This document shows positions 57,020 to 64,000 of a DNA stretch of 64,000 nt, piece by piece. The stretch spans positions 73,594,001 to 73,658,000 of the forward strand of contig NC_135815.1 of NCBI RefSeq assembly GCF_964213995.1, in the 5' to 3' direction. How positions within the stretch are numbered: position 1 is the stretch's first letter; every line of letters begins with the position of its first letter. This DNA comes from Mustelus asterias. Its lineage: Eukaryota. The position numbers and the translations under genes are program-made. Under the pieces are notes generated by a model that saw only the letters and a program-made list of their open reading frames with translations, was not told the DNA's origin and made no database searches.

Positions 57020-59100
57020 CTGAAGGTGGTGTATTCAGGCTCTGAGCCGCCTTGCTGCCCTCTGCCGGCCGCGCTCTCCCTCTGGCCGCAGCGGGTTGCC
57101 GTAGTTACCACATACCGGTCGCAAGATGGCCGCCCCGGCAGCAGAAAGGCGTTCGAGCGCTGGCTGAGGGCTCCGGTCTCTGCAGCTCGCAGGCGCCGGG
57201 CCGACTTCAGCATTTATTCTTTTTTTTAAAAAAAACAAAAAACCTCCAGCCCCCTCCCTTTCGACGACAACAAACGCAGCTATGCCGTGCACTTTGCACC
57301 AGTAAGAACCGACATGGAGCCGTCCGAGCTGCAGCCGCCTCGAATGCAAAGGTGAGAAATGGGAGACGAAAGGGTAAACGGAATGTACATATTATATGTT
57401 GATCATGCAGTGATGGACTTGCACGGTGGAGGAGGTTTCGACAGGAAAAGGGCTGCAGACTGGGCCTCTGGCACCTTCTGCCAAATAGTGGTCTCCCGCC
57501 GACAAACATTGGGGTTGCAGCCGCCGCGCCTGCGCACGGCTGTCCCCTCCGCTTCCTGCCACATAGTGCACAGAGGGAAGAAATGAATGCAGCTTCTAAT
57601 TTGCACTCTGAATGAGGGGAGGGGAGGGGACGCCAGTGCAACATTTTAACTTTTGCATTGCGCAGAAAAGTAAACGAGGTCAGCTATGCACACGCGTGTT
57701 TCGGCGTGAATTGCCTTTAACAGCAGGAAACGAACGAGTGAGTTTCATTTGCGACAATGCATCAACGAAAAATGTCAGGTTTTTGCAGCAAAAAAGGGGA
57801 GAAATGCATAAAAGATGCTGAGTGGCCGTGCTGCAGATAAAATAAATCTCTCTTTGGAGGCACTGAGCTGGGTGGTGCTGGCGATGATTCTTACAGAACC
57901 TATCACAGCCCACTGATACAAAGGAATTTGGCGAAAGGTGCGTCAGGTCACGCACAATGTGCCCAAAACTGCACGAATGCAGAATGAATTTTAAAACATC
58001 AAAGTGCTTGGGGCGCATCAATGTTCGAGTGTAAACGTTTGAAGAATTGCAACGAGTCCTGTTTGCAGAGTGAAGCTAAGATTCAATTTGCAGTTTCTTA
58101 ACTGTAGAAAGTCCAACAGATCCCTCCACCCAGTTCTCTCACGGACAACCATCTCTCGAAATGCGAAGCCATGCTAAATCCAAGAGCTTTCTGAACCAGA
58201 ACTCTCCTCTTTCCCTAACTCTGCCTGGTTCACATAAGACAAGGTGCGTGTAAAACATTTCTACATCGTCACCTCGAGTTAAAGCCTATACTGGTAACCT
58301 TGCAGCACATAACTTTTTTAAAATTTCACAAAGCTTTTGTTCAGCGTTCTCCCGTCCGGCTCTTTTGTTTACCAGAATTGTTCTGTGCAGCAGTCATCTA
58401 AACCGTTTTCCCTAGGGAGCACCTTCCAAGCGAGTAATATATCACCAATCTTTAGTTTGGCACATTTTTCTTTTAAAATTAAAACAAACTTCAGTGGAGA
58501 GCTGCACAAAAATAGCCAAGTCCCGGGGTATTTTACATCTACAGTGTGGTTTTGTGCAGGGAACTGGGGGGGTTTGCTGGAGGCAATGGATTTGAAACTA
58601 TGCGGGTTGTTGGGTAGCTTGTGGAGGTGGTGTGCGTTGTCCATTTATCGAGAAATCATCTACAGTAGTTGCAAAGTAAGTTATGGGAAGAAAGTTTTTA
58701 CGGTTAGAGTTTTTTGCGTGGGTGTTTGCGACAATGTGGCATTGCAGCCGGAACATAATTAAAACAACTTTTCACTGATTAGCTCGTGTTACCTCTATCC
58801 TTGTGTATCTACGAATTTGTACAGGACTTTTGAGAGGGGTTATGTCGGTCGGACAGTGGAATTTTTCAAGCTGTGCCTTTTTAAATACATATTAAAGGCA
58901 ACGCCGCATTTCCCGGAATATTTTATTTTCCTTGGGTGCGGCCGTGTCGTTTGCCATTTAGTGCGTGTAAGTTATCCTGGAATTCGGGATGGCAAAGCAG
59001 TTTGCGGTGCAGTGAGGCTTACGATTAGTATGATATAAAAGATGTTGGCGTTAATGCTTTATTCGTTAGGCATTTTTGAAAGATCCGCTTTTAGATATCG
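57020..59100. promoter_or_regulatory. CpG island / promoter region
   Basis: Sharp rise in CpG density in repeat-free sequence. X-box-like GTTGCCGTAGTTAC 57095-57108, YY1 CAAGATGGCCGCC 57122-57134, NRF1-like GCGCCTGCGCA 57526-57536. Confidence 0.78.
57314..57351 (+). CDS. Probable first coding exon of an unidentified host gene (MEPSELQPPRMQ + 2 nt, phase-2 intron)
   Basis: Strong Kozak GACATGG and donor AAG|GTGAGA at 57352, inside the CpG island. No second exon identified in the window. Confidence 0.55.
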
Positions 59101-59324
59101 GCATGCAAATGTCAAATGTTTTCTAATCGATTACATTTAGCAACAGTGCGATTTCTATGAGCAATGACAAATCTTTGGAGGAATTGTAATCCTCCATTTC
59201 TCCCCTCCCCCGAAACTAATTTCTGTTTCTGGCGAGTGAGATGGGTGTTATTTACTATTTGTAACATCTTGAGGTTTTTTTTGATGGCTGTTGAAACTTG
59301 TACTGCATGTCCGAATCTTGTTCG

Positions 59325-59545
59325 AATCATACAATCCCTCCGGTGCAAAAGAAAGCAATTCGGCCCATCAAGCCTGCACCGACGACAATCCCACCCAGGC
59401 CCGATCCCCGTAACCCCATGTATTTGCCCTGCTAATCCCCCTGACACTGAGGGGCAATTTAGCATGGCCAATACACCTAACCTGCACATTTTTGGACTGT
59501 GGGAGGAAACGCATGCAGACACGGGGAGAATGTGCAAAGTTACAA
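59325..59545 (-). mobile_element. 5'-truncated HE1-type V-SINE
   Basis: Reverse complement of the V domain and CR1-type tail. Confidence 0.85.
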
Positions 59546-59564
59546 GTATTTGGGAGACAAAAGT

Positions 59565-60625
59565 CATCCTCTTCAGCCCCTGTCACAAACTCTGTTCCCT
59601 GCTTGAGTCCATCTCTCTCTGGCATCTGTCTGAGGCTGAACCAGACCATTTACAGACTTGGTGTCTCATCTCATCCTATGACGAGCTTCAGAACTACACT
59701 TCAGCTCCCATTACCTCCAAGACCATTTAAGTTCATCTGCCTAACGTTGCCTGCCTCTCTCCTGACCTCTGCTCAGCTGAAACCCTCATCCATACCTTTG
59801 TCAGTATGAGATATGGCTGTTAAAATGCTTTCCTTGGTGGCCTCCCATTTTTATCCTCAAGCGCAAGGTCATCCAAAACGCACCTGCATCCTCAGTCGCA
59901 TTGAGTCCCATTCATCCATCATCCCTATGTTCGCTGACCTAAATTGACTTCCAGTCCAGCGAGGCCTCAATCTTAACTATTTTCTTCAGATTCCTCCATG
60001 GCCTTTACAACCTATTGCTTTCTATGCTTTTTAAGAGGTGACTTAATAGAGGCATACAAGATGATCAGAGGATTAGATAGGGTAGACAATGAGAGCCTTT
60101 TTCCTCGGATGGTGATGGCTAGCACGAGGGGACATAGCTTTAAATTGAGGGGTGATAGATATAGGACAGATGGCAGAGGTAGGTTCTTTACTCAGAGTAG
60201 TAAGGGCGTGGAAAGCCCTGCCTGCAACAGTAGTGGACTCATCAACTTTAAGGGCATTTAAAAGGTCATTGGATAAACATATGGAAGATATTGGAATAGT
60301 GTAGGTTAGATGGGCTTTAGATTGATTTCACAGGTCGGCGCAACATTGAGGGCCGAAGGGCCTGTACTGCACTGTAATGTTCTATGTTCTCTGCTTTCCT
60401 CTTATTTTTGGCCTTCTGCGAATCCCCTGTTTCAGCTGCTCCATCATTGGGTGTGCCTTCAGTTGCCCGGGCCTTGAGTTCTAGAATTATTTCCCTGAAT
60501 TTCTCCATCACTCTTCTTTAAGATGCTCTTTATAACTTATTTGCCCTATTATCTGTTTCAAATTTTGTTTGATAATACTCCCAAGAAATACCTTTCCTTC
60601 GTGAACGGTATTATACAAATTATTG
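59565..60625 (+). mobile_element. L2-type LINE 3' fragment with a CR1 3' end inserted at ~60030-60389
   Basis: L2 remnants (AETLIHTFV; SIIPMFADLN). CR1 LRGDLIEAYKMIRGLDRV, hairpin and TGTTCTA tail. Confidence 0.72.
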
Positions 60626-61199
60626 AGATTGGTATCAGGGAAATGTGATTTGAAGCAGGTGGACTTACTGTATTTCTGTTACAGTAAGACCAACCACACA
60701 GGATTACTGTGCTATGCTTTTTGAGCCACTTATTTTTAATATTAGAAAGTAGTTAAGATGTTTATTCTCTTGAAACATCATTTAAAAAATAATGAAAAGT
60801 TTTAGAAGATTCCAGATTGTTAGATGAATCGCTTGGGGTGCTTTTTGCCTTGGAATTAAAGCACACTAAATGTGGGGGCATTGCACCATTTACTACTATT
60901 AATGTGGTAGCCCATCCGGGTCCCACCACCTGAAACCACTTGCTGTCATTGTGAAAGTGGCAGCGCTTTTGTTTTACTTGCCCTTGTTTTCTTCTCTGCT
61001 TTTGGTTATTCAGCAGTTGAAAATGGTTTTCCCCCTTTAGACTTCTTCCAACGAAGCAGCAAAATAATTTATCATGATACAGTTGCCATGTAAATTCTTC
61101 ATTCCAGTGTTATGCTCCTAATGACACTCTGGTTCTGCTTCTAACAAATTATAGGGTAAATAGAACAAAAAGATCACAAATTTCAAAGAAAGGGCATGT

Positions 61200-61550
61200 A
61201 TTTCAAAAGTGCCCTTCACAACTTCATGATTCCCCAACGCTAATGTAGTTAGTACTTTTGAAGATTACTCGCCATAGGAAGTGTAATATAAGAAACACAG
61301 TGACTGATTTCTGCACAGCAAGACCCTTCAAACAGCAGGGAGATGCAATTTGTGACATTGGTTATGATAAATATTGGCCAGGGAAGAATTTCCCTGCTCT
61401 TCAAAATAGTCTTGTACAATCCTTTATGTTGCTTGAGAGGGCAGTTGCGCCCTTGGTTTGATACCTCTGACACTTGATGGTGTAGCACTCCCTCAGTACT
61501 GCATTGAAGTTTTGGCCTAGACAATGAGCCTGAACTTCTGCAGAGTGGCA
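61200..61550 (-). mobile_element. DeuSINE (SacSINE1/AmnSINE-like)
   Basis: Minus strand TGCAGTACTGAGGGAGTGCTACAC (Deu domain) followed by the L2-like tail. Confidence 0.72.
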
Positions 61551-61939
61551 ATCAGAGTTGGATGGCCACTTTCCTGTCTGAAAATATTTTGGATCCTACT
61601 TTGCCTGATGTTCTGACTTGAGTTGGATGAGATCCAAGCAGTGCAGCATGTCCCTCGGAGCTTGCATTGAAGATGCATCAGTTGGATGCAAGGAGGCCAT
61701 GCTCACTTTTTATGGCACTAATTGCCGTAAACCAAGTACGTTATTAAATTATAGGTCCTTGACTGACCAGGGAAAAGATAAATGTATAAATTGAGTGGGT
61801 AGGATCTTGTAATGGTCGGGTCAGGTCATTACAAAAGGGAGCGGTTGTGGCCTTGAAGGTCAGAATCAAGCTTTTGGTGGGAAGAGAAGGGATCGTGGCC
61901 GTAAAAATCTGAGTCGGGTCTTTTGGTGGGGGGGGCTCC

Positions 61940-62148
61940 CTATCCTGCCCTATCCCATCCTGTAACCCGGCACATTTATCATGGCTAATTCACCAAACCT
62001 ATACATCTTTGGACTGAAACCAGAGCACCTGGAGAAAACCCATGCAAACAGTGGGAGAACATGCAAACTCCACACAGTCAGCCAAGGCCGGAATTGAATA
62101 TGGGTCCCTGGTGCTGTGAGGCAGCAGTGCTAACCACTATGCTGCCCA
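61940..62148 (-). mobile_element. V-SINE inside a decayed TIR element (~61560-62454)
   Basis: tRNA-like head at 62090-62148 and V domain. The flanking element ends GACAGGAAGATCTTGCCC and its end resembles 47880-47962. Confidence 0.7.
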
Positions 62149-62894
62149 CGAATATTTCTAAGAAACTAATATTGAGTTAGGGCCAGTTTCTATGTCAGAC
62201 AATGTAACAAATCAAACAGTAGATTTTCTTTAGCCCTCTTTATTTAGAGTTGTTCCAAGCAAGCCTTAGTGCGGCACATCCTGCCATCTCCCCTCTGTAC
62301 CCTGTCTCCACTGCCCAAAAAAGCGCCTCAGCACTAAATCTTGCATTTGTCCTTGACTATCTACACTGAGCCAACAAAAAGTGCTAAAAATGCAATTTAT
62401 AATGCAGTCAACTGTGTAAGCCACAGCTTTGCTGTTGACAGGAAGATCTTGCCCACTGCATACGCTCTACAATTTCAGATGCAATGTGCATGTGTCTTGC
62501 AGTGATTGACGCTAGTTTACATTCATTCCTTACCTTTCACTATTTTTCACTTTACTTCAAAATCTTATCACCACAATAATAGATATTTTATTGTACCGCC
62601 TAATCCTCTTATTAATTGTCTGGAATGAAATCTTGCAATTGCGCAGTGCCTTTTAAAGTAGCAAAGCATCCCAATGTGTTTTACAAGAGTATAACAAGAC
62701 AAAATTTGACACCAACTTTGAAACAAATAGGAGATATTAGGACAAGTGATCAAAGTTCTGGGAACAACTTAGGTAGACTAGTGGATGGGTTGAGGGAGGC
62801 TGAAGGCAAAGGTGCTATTAGATCATAGTGGATGCGTAAGAGGCCATAATTTGAGAATTGCCGTTTTCAAAGGGATGTAGGTAGGGATGAAATG

Positions 62895-64000
62895 CGTTCT
62901 AGATCCTAAATGAATATTTCTCATCAGTATTTACTGTTGAGAAAGGCATGGATGTTAGGGAGCTTGGGAAATAAATAGTGATGTCTTGAGGAGTGTACAT
63001 ATAAGAGAATGAGGTGCATCATCATTAAAGCGCATCAAGACAGACAAGTTCCTGGGACCCGATGACGTGTATCCCAGGACGTTGTGGGAGGCTAGGAAGG
63101 AAATTGCGTGTCCCCTAGCAGAGATATTTGAGTCATTGACAGCCACAGGTGCGATGCCTGAAGATTGGAGGGTAGCAAATGTCGTGCCTTTGCTTAAAAA
63201 GAACTGCAGGGAAAAGCCTGGGGAACTACAGGCTGGTGAGCCTCACATCTGTAGTGGGTAAGTTGTTAGAGAGAGACAAGATCTACAGGCATTTAGAGGG
63301 GCAAGGGACAGTCAGCATGGCTTTGTGAGTGGAAAATCATGTCTCTCAAATTTGATTGAGTTTTTTGAAGGGTAACCAAGAAGGTAGATGAGGGCAGTGC
63401 AGTTGATGTTGTCTACATGGACTTTAGCAAGGCCTTTGACAAGGTACCGCATAGTAGGTTGTTGCAAAAGGTTAAATCTCTCAGGATCCAGGGTGAGGTA
63501 GCCAAATGGATACAAAATTGGCTGGATGACAGAAGACAGAGGGTGGTTGTAGAGGGTGGTTTTTCAAACTGGAGGCATGTGACCAGCAGTGCCTCAGGGA
63601 TCGGTGCTGGGTCCACTGTTATTTGTCATTTATATGAATGATTTGGATGAGAATTTAGGAGACCTGGTTAGTAAGTTTGTAGATGACATCATGGTTGGTG
63701 GCATAGTGGACAGTGAAGATGGTTATCGAGGATTGCAACGGGATCTTGGATCAATTGGGCCCGTGGGCTGACGAATGCTAGATGGAGTTTAATTTAGATA
63801 AATGCAAGGTGATGTATTTTGGTCGATCGAACCAGGGCAGGACTTAGTTAATGGTAGGGCGTTGGGGAGTGTTTTAGAACAAAGAGATCTAGGGGTACAG
63901 GTTCATAGCTCCTTGAAAGTAGAATCACAGGTGGACAGAGTAGTGAAGAAGGCATTCAGCATGCTTGATTTCATTGGTCAGAACATTGAATACAGGAGTT
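62895..64000 (+). mobile_element. Decayed CR1 RT fragment running off the window end
   Basis: PEDWRVANVVPL, MDFSKAFDKVPH, PQGSVLGP and FVDD in shifting frames. Confidence 0.92.

Noticed and set aside
56995-57644. Long overlapping ORFs in the CpG island
   Set aside because: Stop-poor GC-rich DNA. They run through a T/A homopolymer tract and past a strong splice donor.

Overview
Vertebrate nuclear DNA, almost certainly a shark or other cartilaginous fish (inferred from HE1-type V-SINEs, HER1/CR1 LINEs, DeuSINEs and GC-rich TIR MITEs). Most of the window is nested transposable elements: many CR1 LINE fragments, one full-length CR1 with two intact ORFs (2942-7133), several decayed Gypsy/LTR elements, a 5'-truncated Penelope element, three fold-back Penelope ends carrying hammerhead-ribozyme cores, PIF/Harbinger-type MITEs with a decayed spliced Myb/SANT-like gene, and RTE, L2 and SINE remnants. 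The only clear host-gene signal is a CpG island at about 57.0-59.1 kb holding a probable first coding exon (MEPSELQPPRMQ|GT); I cannot name the gene. Most notable observation: the intact CR1 ORF2 has no usable AUG, lies in the -1 frame overlapping the end of ORF1, and an in-phase U_UUA_AAC slippery heptamer sits right before the ORF1 stop, suggesting ORF1-ORF2 fusion by programmed -1 frameshifting. All calls were made by eye, so edges of decayed repeats are approximate. Most short ORFs in the six-frame track are chance ORFs in repeats.
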